NCBI GenBank assembly: GCA_965202985.1
Contig: CBDBCF010000001.1
Location: 1,056,001-1,120,000 of the forward strand
Direction: 5' to 3'
Source of the DNA: Longimicrobiales bacterium
GTDB taxonomy: Bacteria > Gemmatimonadota > Gemmatimonadetes > Longimicrobiales > Gaopeijiaceae
Length of the DNA stretch: 64,000 nt
The position numbers were made by a program, and so were the translations under genes. The stretch's first letter is position 1. The number at the start of each line of letters is the position of its first letter. The notes beneath the pieces are model-generated. The model was not told the origin of the DNA and ran no database searches. It saw only the letters and a program-made list of their open reading frames with translations. Below are positions 1-10,528 of this stretch, piece by piece.

Positions 1-421
1 CCGATCCCAGCCGCTCGCCCGCCAAGGCGCACTCCAACAGGGCCGACTCGTCCAGGCCGCCCCCCAGCAGCACGTGCGACGCCACGGCCCCCGCGACCGC
101 GCTGGCGGCGCTTCCCCCCAAGCCCGACGCCACCGGAAGCCCCTTGCGGACGGTCAGGGCCAATCCGTGGCGGACGCCCAGCCGCTCCCGCACCGCTCGG
201 GCCGCCACGGCCGCCGAGTTGCGCGCCGGGTCGGTGGGCACGCGCCCCCCGTCGCCAGCCACCTGGAGCGCAAGTTCGTCCTGGCCGCCGGCCCGGCGCA
301 CCGTCACCTCGTCGCCCGGACCCTGCAGCGCCAGTCCGAAGACGTCGAAGCCGCAGCCCAAGTTCGACACCGTGGCTGGCGCGAAGGCCCGCACTTCGGA
401 CAGGCGGCCCTGTGCGCTCAC
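1..421 (-). CDS. thrB: Homoserine kinase (GHMP family); 3' end runs off the window
   Basis: Not in the ORF track. Manual translation from GTG at 421 gives MSAQGRLSEVRAFAPATVSNLGCGFDVFGLAL...RKGLPVASGLGGSAASAVAG, containing the ThrB PAT-SNLG-GFD and GHMP P-loop motifs. GTGA overlap with the upstream stop. Confidence 0.92.
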   Translation of the reverse strand, partial: MSAQGRLSEVRAFAPATVSNLGCGFDVFGLALQGPGDEVTVRRAGGQDELALQVAGDGGRVPTDPARNSAAVAARAVRERLGVRHGLALTVRKGLPVASGLGGSAASAVAGAVASHVLLGGGLDESALLECALAGERLGS

Positions 422-1287
422 GGCTTGGCCTTCCCCGTGCCCCGCTCCGCATCCGGTCCCCGGCGCTCCGGCCTGCGCCGACGGAAGGGCATCGCCAGCA
501 TCCCCCGCAACGACGAACGGTCCCGGCGATCCACCCCGTCGAGCCCCAGGGCCAGAGCCCGCGGGTCCTTCGCAAGGCGGAAGCTGCCGAACAGACGGTC
601 CCAGAACGAGAACACGCTTGCAAAGTTGGAGTCGGTCTCGGGTTGCCAGCGGGAGTGGTGAACCCAGTGCATCCACGGCGTGACCAACAGCCACCGCAGC
701 CGTCGGTCGGCGCGCTCGGACAGCTTGAGGTTGCCGTGGTGGAAGAGCACGACCGGCAACAAGACGGCTTCGTACACGACCAGCTGGCCGACGGTCATGC
801 CCAGCAGGGGCAGAACGAGAAGCCGGGCCGTGGAAGACAAGACGATCTCGCCGGTGTGAAAGCGAAGTCCCGAGCTGGCGTCCAGCTCTTCGTCGGCGTG
901 GTGCACCGCGTGGAAGCGCCAGAGCACGGGCACCCGGTGGTTCAGTCGGTGCCACGCATACTGCCAGAGGTCGAACAGCACCAGCGCCGCGGCCCCCGCG
1001 ACCCACGGCGTCGGAAGATCTAGCCAGTGGAGCAGCCCGAAGGGTCGGGCTCTGGCCCATTCGGTCGCGAACAGGGTCGCGCCCGCGAAGACCACCGCCG
1101 TCACCGCCGCGTTGGCCACGCCCAGGGCCACGTTTGCGGCGTCGTGCCGGACCCGCTCCCGCCGGCCGTCGAAGCGACCCTCGAACATCGGGATCAGCCC
1201 CTCCAGCAACCATAGGATCGCCAGGGCCGCTGCGGCAACGATCGGCTTGGCGGCCAGGACCGTCTCGGCCATGTCCGCCTGGGTCAT
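418..1287 (-). CDS. Sterol desaturase / fatty acid hydroxylase family membrane protein
   Basis: His boxes HRLNH, HAVHH, HHGN and HWVHH, plus NFASVFSFWDRLFGS and hydrophobic helices. Confidence 0.88.
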   Translation of the reverse strand: MTQADMAETVLAAKPIVAAAALAILWLLEGLIPMFEGRFDGRRERVRHDAANVALGVANAAVTAVVFAGATLFATEWARARPFGLLHWLDLPTPWVAGAAALVLFDLWQYAWHRLNHRVPVLWRFHAVHHADEELDASSGLRFHTGEIVLSSTARLLVLPLLGMTVGQLVVYEAVLLPVVLFHHGNLKLSERADRRLRWLLVTPWMHWVHHSRWQPETDSNFASVFSFWDRLFGSFRLAKDPRALALGLDGVDRRDRSSLRGMLAMPFRRRRPERRGPDAERGTGKAKP

Positions 1288-1307
1288 GTCGGGAAAGGCC
1301 GGCGCAT
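1284..1307 (-). other. Putative leaderless micro-uORF MRRPFPT* coupled to the desaturase start
   Basis: TATATT (-10-like, 1313-1318) lies 5 nt before ATG 1307. Its TGA overlaps the desaturase ATG (ATGA). Confidence 0.35.
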
Positions 1308-1429
1308 GAGCAAATATAGCCGCGGCCGGTTGTGGCGCAGGCTCCGGCTGCGTCTATTGCGGCGCCAAGGACGCGAGAGCGCCGCTGCGGAGCGTCCGGC
1401 GGAGACGCCTTTCACCCGAGGGGGACACG

Positions 1430-2668
1430 TTGGGGCTGAACAAGAGGTACGACGGATACCGGTCGTTCCAATACTTGAAGGAGACTCGCGACTTCGACGA
1501 CTACGGGCTGGTGGAGGGCGAATCGCTCTTCGAGCGGTACTTGGTGCCCTTGTCCGAAGCGGAAGAGGCGCGCGTCCTCGATCTAGCGGGGCGCTTGGTC
1601 ATGATCTCGCTTCACGAGCACCCCCACCTGTTTCCGGCGGACCCCGGGCGGATGCGGCAGTACGACTCCGAGGGACGGGTCCACACCGCGTACGAGGCGC
1701 TGGCCAATTCGTGGTGGGACTGCGTGTTCGACAACTTCCAGGACGGCGCCGCGTTCATCACGTCGAAGAACGGCTGGAAGTGGAGCGACGTGATCCACGA
1801 CATGGGAATGCGGCTGTGCGACTTGGCGCACCAGGACTTCTTGATTCGCTGCGAGGCCGTGGCGGACATCCACCGGGCGCGGCGGGAAGGCCGGATCGCC
1901 TTGGTGGCCGCGCAGGAAGGCGCCGCCATGATCGAGAACGAACTCGACCGAATCGAGATCCTGTACGGCATCGGGCTGCGCGTGCTGGGGATCACGTACA
2001 GCGAGTCCAACGGACTGGGCACGGGCCTGAAGGAGGACCGGGACGGCGGCTTGACCGCGTTCGGACGACGGGCGGTGGCGCGCATGAACGAAGTCGGCAT
2101 GGCGATCGACTGCGCCCACTCCAGCGACCAGACCACGCTGGACACCGTGGAGGCCAGCCGGCATCCGATCTTCCTGACGCACACCGGCGCGCGCGGACTG
2201 TGGAACATCCGTCGCCTGGCGCCCGACAACGTCATCCGCGCCGTGGCCGACAAGGGGGGCGTGATCGGGATCGAGGCCGCGCCGCACACCACCGTTTCCC
2301 GTCGCCGCCCGCGCCACGACATCGAGTCGTTCATGGAGCACTTCGAGTACGTGAAGGACCTGGTCGGCATCGACCACGTGGCGTTCGGGCCCGACACCCT
2401 GTACGGCGACCACGTCGCGCTGCACAAGGTCTACGCCGAGGCGCTGTCGATCGAGGCTTCGCAGGATGTCGGGGGCGGCCCGGACGGCGGAGACGGCGAC
2501 GCGACGCCCCGTCACGAGCCCGTGGAGTACGTGCGCGGCGTCGAGAACCCCACCGAGGCGTCCAAGAACATCTTGCGCTGGCTGGTCAAGCACGACTACG
2601 GCGACGAGGAGATCACCAAGGTGGTGGGCGGGAACATCTTGCGGGTCCTGGACGAGGTCTGGCAGTGA
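1430..2668 (+). CDS. Membrane dipeptidase family (peptidase M19, amidohydrolase fold)
   Basis: SLHEH, AAQEGA, LGITYSESN, GGLTAFGRRAVARMNEVGMAIDCAH, THTG, GIDHVAFGPD and GGNILRV. TTG start with a G/A-rich SD. Confidence 0.88.
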   Translation: MGLNKRYDGYRSFQYLKETRDFDDYGLVEGESLFERYLVPLSEAEEARVLDLAGRLVMISLHEHPHLFPADPGRMRQYDSEGRVHTAYEALANSWWDCVFDNFQDGAAFITSKNGWKWSDVIHDMGMRLCDLAHQDFLIRCEAVADIHRARREGRIALVAAQEGAAMIENELDRIEILYGIGLRVLGITYSESNGLGTGLKEDRDGGLTAFGRRAVARMNEVGMAIDCAHSSDQTTLDTVEASRHPIFLTHTGARGLWNIRRLAPDNVIRAVADKGGVIGIEAAPHTTVSRRRPRHDIESFMEHFEYVKDLVGIDHVAFGPDTLYGDHVALHKVYAEALSIEASQDVGGGPDGGDGDATPRHEPVEYVRGVENPTEASKNILRWLVKHDYGDEEITKVVGGNILRVLDEVWQ

Positions 2669-2946
2669 GGCGCGGCCCGAAGGGCGACGCGGGATCGGCG
2701 GGCGCCGGCGGCGGGGAAGGCGTCCGAGCGCCGGGGGACGCACGCGATTCCGGGGCATCCCGGACGCCGGCGCCGGTCGCGTCGATGATCCTGATGGCGA
2801 TCTTCGTCGTGGGCGGCTGCATCGGACTGGTGGCGCGCTGGCCCGCCGGACCCGCCAACCTGGACTGGGGCGTGTGGACGGTGGTGTACGGCGGCTACGC
2901 GTACGTGGTGCTGGCGGCGCTGTTCCACGCCCGGACGGGTCGGTGA
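2665..2946 (+). CDS. Small two-TM membrane protein, probable accessory subunit of the downstream symporter (alternative start ATG 2785)
   Basis: GTGA overlap with the dipeptidase stop. MILMAIFVVGGCIGLV...WGVWTVVYGGYAYVVLAALF. Ends 15 nt before the SSS gene. Confidence 0.55.
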   Translation: MRRGPKGDAGSAGAGGGEGVRAPGDARDSGASRTPAPVASMILMAIFVVGGCIGLVARWPAGPANLDWGVWTVVYGGYAYVVLAALFHARTGR

Positions 2947-2961
2947 AGGGGCGGCGCATCC

Positions 2962-4446
2962 ATGACCGCACTGTACACGGTGATCCTCGTGTTGTACTTC
3001 GCTGGCCTGCTGGCGCTGGGAGCGTGGTTCAACCGGCGGACCAAGTCGCGCGAGCAGTACTTCCTGGCTCGGGGCGAACTGGGGCCCGCGACCCTGGGGT
3101 TCTCGTATTCGGCCACCCAGATGAGCGGCAGCTCGTACATGGGCGCCGTGGGCACCGAACGGGTCCTGGGCTACAACTTCGCGCCGGGGGGCGTGTCGTC
3201 GGCTGCGGCGCCGTGGTTCACGTACATCCTGCTGGGCGAGCGTCTCCGCAGGGTCGCCTCGCGCATCCGATGCACAACGATCGTGGACGTCCTCCAAGCG
3301 CGCTACTACGGTCGCTCGATCGCGATCATCGCCACGGTGCTCATGCTGGTCGCCTTCGTGCCGCTGATCGCCGCCCAGCTCAAGGCCGCGGCGAACCTCT
3401 TCCAGGTCCTGCTAGGCTTGCCCTACTGGCTGGGCTTGACGGCGTTCGGCGGCATCGTCGTCTTGTACACGGTGATCGGTGGGATGCGCGCCGTCGCATG
3501 GACCGACCTTGTGCAAGGCGCCATCATGATCGCAGGCTTCGCCTTTCTGGCTCCGGTCGCGGTCGGAGCGGCGGGCGGCTTCGGCGAAATGCACATGCGC
3601 TACGCCGAGATCAACCCGGACGGCATCTCGTTCCTCGGGACCATGCCCGCCCTTTGGGTGGTCTCGTCTTTCCTGGTCTGGGGCTTCTTTCAGATCGGCG
3701 GCGCGCCCGCGGCGGTGACCCGCTTCTTGATCCCCGAAGACGAAAAGACCCTGAAGGGCGCCCTGGTGTTTTCGATTGCGTTCTCGTCGTTCATCTTCGC
3801 GGGCTCCACGTTGATCGCCATCGCGTCGGCGGTGCTGCTGCCTTCCTTGGAGCAGACGGACATGGCGTTGCCCGCGCTCGTGCAGATGCTGATGCATCCG
3901 GTGTTCGGGGGGATCGTCGTGGCGGCGGTCCTGGGCGCCACCATGTCCACGATCGACTCGATCCTGCTGCTGGCCGGCTCGCTGGTCGTGGAGAACCTCT
4001 ACGTGCCGGCGACCGGGCGCGACGTCTCCCGAGCCGCCGGCCTTCGGCTGGCGCGCTGGACCACCTTGGGCATCGGCGTGCTGGCCATGGCCGTGGCGGT
4101 GGACCCGCCCGCCAGCATCCTCTGGATCGTGACCATGTCCTTCAGCTTGATGGCGTCGGCGTTCACCTTCCCGCTGCTTCTAGGCATGTGGTGGCCGCGC
4201 GCCACCCGCCAGGGAGGCATCGCCGCCATGTTGGGCGGCGCCGCCACGTGCGTGCTCTGGTATGTGCTGGGCTACCTGCAGTACGGCACGCTGAACAGCT
4301 GGCCCGGCGGGCTCTGGCCAGCGCTGGCGGGGCCGCTGGTCTCGCTGGCGCTCCTGGTGGCGGTCAGCCTTCTTTCGCAGCCCCCGCCGGCCGAAGTCGG
4401 TCGGATCTTCTTCCCCGACGACGAACGCGCCGTACTCGATTCGTGA
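2962..4446 (+). CDS. Sodium:solute symporter family protein (PutP/PanF-like)
   Basis: YFLARGELG, ATQMSGSSYMG, YTVIGGMRAVAWTDLVQG and ATMSTIDSILL; about 13 TM segments. Confidence 0.92.
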   Translation: MTALYTVILVLYFAGLLALGAWFNRRTKSREQYFLARGELGPATLGFSYSATQMSGSSYMGAVGTERVLGYNFAPGGVSSAAAPWFTYILLGERLRRVASRIRCTTIVDVLQARYYGRSIAIIATVLMLVAFVPLIAAQLKAAANLFQVLLGLPYWLGLTAFGGIVVLYTVIGGMRAVAWTDLVQGAIMIAGFAFLAPVAVGAAGGFGEMHMRYAEINPDGISFLGTMPALWVVSSFLVWGFFQIGGAPAAVTRFLIPEDEKTLKGALVFSIAFSSFIFAGSTLIAIASAVLLPSLEQTDMALPALVQMLMHPVFGGIVVAAVLGATMSTIDSILLLAGSLVVENLYVPATGRDVSRAAGLRLARWTTLGIGVLAMAVAVDPPASILWIVTMSFSLMASAFTFPLLLGMWWPRATRQGGIAAMLGGAATCVLWYVLGYLQYGTLNSWPGGLWPALAGPLVSLALLVAVSLLSQPPPAEVGRIFFPDDERAVLDS

Positions 4447-4484
4447 CAGCGCGTCGCCGTCTCGACCCCCGGAACGGGCGAGCG

Positions 4485-5192
4485 CTACCCCCCGAAGCCG
4501 AAGCGGACCGTCACGCTGGCGATCGGCCAGTACTTCAGGTAGGTGGCGGCCCGGTCCGCGATGTTTTCCTGCTCCTGGTCCAGGTGCCGCCGGAAGTCGG
4601 CGGTGCCGACGACGCTGGACCCGGTGGCTTCCAGCTCCACCTGGGCGTCCCCCAGGAACGCCACGCCCAAGTCCAGCGAGACGCCGAAGCCGCCGGGAGC
4701 GTTGGCGCCGAAGCCGATCAGCGCAAAGGGCGCGGTCTTGCGCGACTTGTGGACGCCGCCGATCGTGCCGACCTCGCCGGGCTCGTAGGTGTGTTCGCCC
4801 AGCGTGATCCGGGCCTCGGAGTCCAGCGTCACGTCGGCGGACACGTCGCCGGGCTTGTAGAGGAGTCCGCCGCCCAGCCGAAAGAAGCCGCCCAGATAGA
4901 AGTCGGCGCCCACGGTGTACCAGTTGCGGGGCAGCTTGAGCGTGGCGGACGACACGCGGTCGATGTCGTAGAAGTCGGTCGCGTCCAGCTCCAGGGGCAG
5001 CAGGCCGTAGCCGCCTCGGAAGCCCACGGGTCCCATGCGCACGGCGGCCTCGGGGCCGATCCCCACTGTGCCGCCCCGAACGCCCAAGGCGAAGCTCACG
5101 GGCTGGCCGAACGCTTCCGGCGCCGCGCCCGCCAGGACGCCGGCCCCCCCGACGAGCGCGACGAGCGCGCGAACGCGTTGCGTGGTCCTCAT
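4485..5192 (-). CDS. Exported protein, probable small outer-membrane beta-barrel
   Basis: Signal peptide (MRTTQRVRALVALVGGAGVLAGAAPEAFG), alternating beta-strand pattern and aromatic C-terminus YWPIASVTVRFGFGG. Confidence 0.65.
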   Translation of the reverse strand: MRTTQRVRALVALVGGAGVLAGAAPEAFGQPVSFALGVRGGTVGIGPEAAVRMGPVGFRGGYGLLPLELDATDFYDIDRVSSATLKLPRNWYTVGADFYLGGFFRLGGGLLYKPGDVSADVTLDSEARITLGEHTYEPGEVGTIGGVHKSRKTAPFALIGFGANAPGGFGVSLDLGVAFLGDAQVELEATGSSVVGTADFRRHLDQEQENIADRAATYLKYWPIASVTVRFGFGG

Positions 5193-5256
5193 TCAATGAA
5201 GATAACCCCCGTATATTGGAGGAGCCGGCGTTCCATCCCCCAAGGAGACCTGCCAA
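5193..5256. promoter_or_regulatory. Back-to-back divergent promoter region (barrel gene / prfA operon)
   Basis: Minus-strand TATCTT (5199-5204) lies 6 nt before ATG 5192. Plus-strand TATATT near 5212 and an AAGGAG SD precede the prfA GTG. Confidence 0.5.
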
Positions 5257-6327
5257 GTGGACCCGCGGTTTGCGGCGCGGTTGGCCGACACCGAAGAGCG
5301 GTTTCGCGCCCTCGACCAAGAGCTGGCCGACCCGCAAGTCGCCCGCGACCCGGCACGGCTGCGGGAACTCGGGCGCGAGCGGGCGGGCTTGGAGGCGCTG
5401 CTGTCCGCCGGCCGCCACGTGCGCTCCCTGGAGGCGGAGCTCGAAGGCGCTCGGGAGCTGCTGGCCGACTCGGCGGACCCCGAAATGCAGGAGGTAGCGG
5501 CGGAAGAGGTGGCCGCCCTGGAAGATCGGCTGGCGGCGGCCAACCGAGGCTTCCGCGAGGCGCTGGCCCCGCGCGACCCGATGGAGGACCGCCCGGCCGT
5601 CGTGGAGATCCGGGCCGGCACGGGCGGCGACGAAGCCGGGCTCTTCGGAGCCGACCTGCTGCGCATGTACCGGCGGCTGGCCGAGCGGGCTGGCTGGACG
5701 GTGGAGATGGTGGGCCTGTCGGAGGGCGTTCCAGGGTCGATCAAGGAGGCCGTCTTCACCGTGCGCGGCAAAGGGGCCTACGGACGGCTGCGCTTCGAGT
5801 CGGGCACGCACCGCGTCCAGCGCGTTCCCGAGACCGAGAGCCAGGGTCGGGTCCACACCTCGGCCGCCACCGTGGCCGTGCTGCCCGAGGCGGAGGACGT
5901 GGACGTGCAGATCGAGCCGGCGGACCTGCGCATCGACGTCTTCCGGTCGTCCGGCCCCGGCGGACAGTCGGTGAATACGACGGACTCGGCGGTCCGGATC
6001 ACGCACCTGCCGACCGGCCTGGTGGTGTCGTGCCAGGACGAGAAGTCCCAGCACAAGAACAAGGCGCGCGCCCTCAAGGTGCTCCGCTCGCGGCTGCTGG
6101 AGCAGGTGGTGGCCGAGCGGGACGCCGAGCGCGCGGCCGAGCGCCGTTCCCAGATCGGAACCGGCGACCGCTCCGCCAAGATCCGCACCTACAACTTTCC
6201 CCAGAACCGCGTCACCGACCACCGGATCGGCCTGACCCTGTACCGCCTGGCCGACATTCTGGACGGCGACCTGAACGAGATCGTGGCGGCGCTTCGCCTG
6301 GCCCGCGACGACGAACTCCTTTCGTGA
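5257..6327 (+). CDS. prfA: Peptide chain release factor 1
   Basis: [33 protein letters not shown] (PxT), [17 protein letters not shown] and [15 protein letters not shown]. Confidence 0.98.
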   Translation: MDPRFAARLADTEERFRALDQELADPQVARDPARLRELGRERAGLEALLSAGRHVRSLEAELEGARELLADSADPEMQEVAAEEVAALEDRLAAANRGFREALAPRDPMEDRPAVVEIRAGTGGDEAGLFGADLLRMYRRLAERAGWTVEMVGLSEGVPGSIKEAVFTVRGKGAYGRLRFESGTHRVQRVPETESQGRVHTSAATVAVLPEAEDVDVQIEPADLRIDVFRSSGPGGQSVNTTDSAVRITHLPTGLVVSCQDEKSQHKNKARALKVLRSRLLEQVVAERDAERAAERRSQIGTGDRSAKIRTYNFPQNRVTDHRIGLTLYRLADILDGDLNEIVAALRLARDDELLS

Positions 6328-7241
6328 GCGCGACCCGAGCGCTGACGGTCATGGAGGTCGTCCGTCGGAGCGGCGCCTACCTGGACGGCAAGGGCGTGGA
6401 GCAGGGCCGCCTGGACGCCGAGCTCGTCGTGGCCCACGTCCTGGGGTTCCCGCGCCTGGAGCTCTACCTGCGCTTCGACCGCCCCATGTCCGAGGACGAG
6501 CTGGCCCGGTGCCGGGCGTTGCTGCGCCGTCGCGGCGCCCGCGAGCCGCTCCAGTACGTGCTCGGCACGGCTCCCTTCCGCGAGCTGCACTTGGAGGTGG
6601 GGCCCGGCGTGGCGATCCCCCGACCCGAGACCGAGTACTTCCTGGACGCGCTGACCGCCCTGGCCGGCCCCGGTCGCACCTTCGGCGCCGCGCTGGACGT
6701 GGGCACGGGCTCGGGCGCCATCGCGCTGGCGCTGGCCGGCGAGGGGCTGGCCCGCACCGTGGTCGCCACCGACGTTTCCCCCCAGGCCTTGGCGGCGGCT
6801 CGGCGGAACGCGCGGGCGGCGGGCGTGCCCGGGGTCGACTTTCGCTCGGGCCACCTGTTGGAGCCCGTCGCCGGCGAGACGTTCGACCTGGTGCTGTCCA
6901 ACCCCCCCTACGTGACCGACGGCGAGTGGCGGTGCACGGCGCCCGAGGTGCGCGAGTGGGAGCCCCGCGAGGCGCTGGCGGCCGGCGCCGACGGACTGGG
7001 CGTGATCCGCGAGCTGGCCCCCGCCATGATGGGGGCGCTTCGCCCCGGCGGGTGGGCCGGACTGGAAGTGGGACGAACCCAGACCGAAGCCGCGGCGGCC
7101 CTCTTCCGACGGTGCGACGGAAACGCGCGAGTCGTGGTCAGGGAAGACCTGGCAGGCTTGCCGCGCTATGTTTTTTGCTCCGCTCCGTCGGTAGGCTCCG
7201 CCGCCCGGAACGGCTCCCGTCCGCCAGGAGACCCCGCGTGA
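6324..7241 (+). CDS. prmC: Release factor glutamine methyltransferase
   Basis: GTGA overlap with prf[27 protein letters not shown] and SNPPY. Confidence 0.96.
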   Translation: MSATRALTVMEVVRRSGAYLDGKGVEQGRLDAELVVAHVLGFPRLELYLRFDRPMSEDELARCRALLRRRGAREPLQYVLGTAPFRELHLEVGPGVAIPRPETEYFLDALTALAGPGRTFGAALDVGTGSGAIALALAGEGLARTVVATDVSPQALAAARRNARAAGVPGVDFRSGHLLEPVAGETFDLVLSNPPYVTDGEWRCTAPEVREWEPREALAAGADGLGVIRELAPAMMGALRPGGWAGLEVGRTQTEAAAALFRRCDGNARVVVREDLAGLPRYVFCSAPSVGSAARNGSRPPGDPA

Positions 7242-7597
7242 ACGAAATCCACGACTTGGCGCTTTCCCTGGGCAAAGCCTTGGGAAGAACTCACGAATAC
7301 CGGACTCTGGCGAAGGCCAGCGAGAGCGCCGACGAAGACCGGGAGATCGTCGCCTTCAAGAACCAGGCCCGACGCCTGGAACAGTCGTTCCAGTCGGCGA
7401 TCGAGCGAGGCGAGGAACCGACCGACGTGGACCTGGCCGAGTACGAAGTCGTTGCGGGCAAGCTGCAGGCGTCTTCGGTCTACCAGAGCCTGGTCGCGGC
7501 GCAGGCCAACTTCGAGCGCGTCATGGCCAAGGTGGACGCCTCCATTCAAGAAGGAATGCGCGAGGGCGCGTCCTCCCGCATCATCCTTCCGTCCTGA
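7238..7597 (+). CDS. YlbF/YmcA (Com_YlbF)-like helical regulator
   Basis: GTG start with AGGAG SD. About 119 aa, all-helical: IHDLALSLGKALGRTHEY...YQSLVAAQANFERVMAKVDASI, matching the recalled family pattern. Confidence 0.7.
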   Translation: MNEIHDLALSLGKALGRTHEYRTLAKASESADEDREIVAFKNQARRLEQSFQSAIERGEEPTDVDLAEYEVVAGKLQASSVYQSLVAAQANFERVMAKVDASIQEGMREGASSRIILPS

Positions 7598-7605
7598 TCG
7601 GTCCC

Positions 7606-8345
7606 GTGGCGTCGGGCTCGGGCGCGCCCGAGAAGGGCCTCAAGGTCCTGCGGCGTCCGGTCTACGCCCTCATCGACCCCGCCGTGCGCGGGCTGGTTCG
7701 CGCCCGGGTCCACCCGAACGCCATCTCGGTGGCGGGGTTCCTGGTCACGTTGGCCGGCGCTTGGCTGTACTCCCAAGACCATGTCCGCACCGCCGGGTTC
7801 TGCATCCTCTTCGGCGGCCTGCTCGACGTCTTCGACGGGCGCGTGGCGCGCGTGTCGGGACTGGCGTCCAAGTTCGGCAACTTCTTCGACTCCACGCTGG
7901 ACCGAATCTCGGAGATCGCCATGTACTTGGGCCTCATGACGCTCTACAACGGCTACGGCGCCCGGATGGCGGAAGGCGTTCCGCCGGGGGGCGACGCCCT
8001 GCTGGCCGAGGGCTCCCGGCTTGCGGACATGTGGATGGTCTACGCAATCACCCTGGCCATGGGCGGGTCGCTCATGGTGAGCTACACGCGGGCCAAGGCC
8101 GAGGCGCTGGGCTTCGACTGCTCGGTGGGCTTCATGCAGCGCGCCGAGCGAATCGTGCTCCTGGGCTTGGCGTCCCTGGTCTTCGGTCTGGCGTGGGGCG
8201 GCGCGGTGCTGAGTCTGGTCATCGTCGTCGTGGCCGTCCTGGCCAACTTCACCGCGGTCCACCGCATCGCGTGGGTGTTCCGGCGAGGCGCCGGCGTGCC
8301 GCTCGACCACGGACCCGCAAGCAACGGCGACGCCGCCGGAAAGGA

Positions 8346-8349
<4 letters not shown>
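7606..8349 (+). CDS. CDP-alcohol phosphatidyltransferase, probable phosphatidylinositol phosphate synthase
   Basis: HPNAIS, DVFDGRVARVSGLASKFGNFFDSTLDR, VSYTRAKAE and GFMQRAER. Coupled to ino1. Confidence 0.88.
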
Positions 8350-9674
<1,325 letters not shown>

Positions 9675-9703
9675 GCGCGGGCGACGGAGGAGGAGGGGCG
9701 AGC

Positions 9704-10381
9704 ATCGGCGCCGCCAAGGGCCGCTTCATCGTCATCGAGGGCGGCGAGGGCTCGGGCAAGTCGACTCAAGTGCGCAGGCTGGGGGCGTTCCTTCGCGCCC
9801 GGGGCTTGCCGGTGGTGGAGACCCGCGAACCCGGCGGCACGCCCGTGGGCGAGCGGATCCGGGAAGTGGTCTTGGGCGGCGGCAGCGCCCGCAACGCGAA
9901 CAAGGCGCCGGACGACTTGGAGATGCCGACGGCCACCGAGGTGTTCCTCATCTTGGCGGCTCGCGCGGCGTTCGTGCAGCACGTCGTGGCGCCCGCGCTC
10001 GCCCTGGGCAAGTGGGTCGTCTCGGACCGCTTCGACCTGAGCACCTTCGCCTACCAGGGCTACGGCCGGGGCGTCCCCATGGAGCAGTTGGAGCGCCTGA
10101 ACCGCTACGCCGCGGGCGGCCTCCAGCCGGACCTCTACATCGTGCTGGACCTGCCGGTGCAGGAAGGCCTGGCCCGTCACGCCAAAGACGGCAAGCCCAA
10201 GGACCGCTTCGAATCGGGCGGCGCGGACTTCCTGAACCGAGTGTCGGAAGGCTATCTTGCACTGGCCCGGTCCACGCCGCAAGCCGTCGCAGTGCCCGCA
10301 AGCGGCAGCATGGACGCCGTGGCCGAACGGGTTCGACAAGTTGTAGAAGGCAGGTTTGCACGAGGTCGGGAGACGTCATGA
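9704..10381 (+). CDS. tmk: Thymidylate kinase; apparent non-canonical ATC start
   Basis: FIVIEGGEGSGKST, TREPGGT, SDRFDLSTFAYQG and DRFE. No in-frame ATG/GTG/TTG lies between the ino1 stop and the P-loop. AGGAGG sits 7 nt before ATC 9704. Confidence 0.93.
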   Translation: MGAAKGRFIVIEGGEGSGKSTQVRRLGAFLRARGLPVVETREPGGTPVGERIREVVLGGGSARNANKAPDDLEMPTATEVFLILAARAAFVQHVVAPALALGKWVVSDRFDLSTFAYQGYGRGVPMEQLERLNRYAAGGLQPDLYIVLDLPVQEGLARHAKDGKPKDRFESGGADFLNRVSEGYLALARSTPQAVAVPASGSMDAVAERVRQVVEGRFARGRETS

Positions 10382-10515
10382 GCCAGAGCACCGGGGCAGT
10401 GTACCATCGCTGTGCGCTGCAGGTCAATCCTCACGACTACCGGGCGACTTTCCGCGGTCAACGAGCCGGCGGCAGAGAGGCGTTCGAACACCGACGTCGA
10501 AAGTATGGATTCTAG
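10378..10515 (+). pseudogene. Collapsed remnant of a PHP-domain/AAA ATPase (TrlF/Ppl-like): N- and C-terminal motifs joined in frame
   Basis: MSQSTGAVYHRCALQVNPHDYRATFRGQ-RA-GGREAFEHRRRKYGF*. Both halves match the recalled termini of large PHP-ATPases. Confidence 0.7.
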
Positions 10516-10528
10516 GAGTCGGTAGAGA

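Noticed and set aside
2466..7241. 1591-aa ORF and other very long overlapping or antisense ORFs (e.g. 10700-13252, 40350-43913, 44917-47940, 48917-52153)
   Set aside because: These are shadow frames from high GC, rich in Arg/Pro/Gly/Ala. Only the terminal parts matching real genes (e.g. prmC) were kept.
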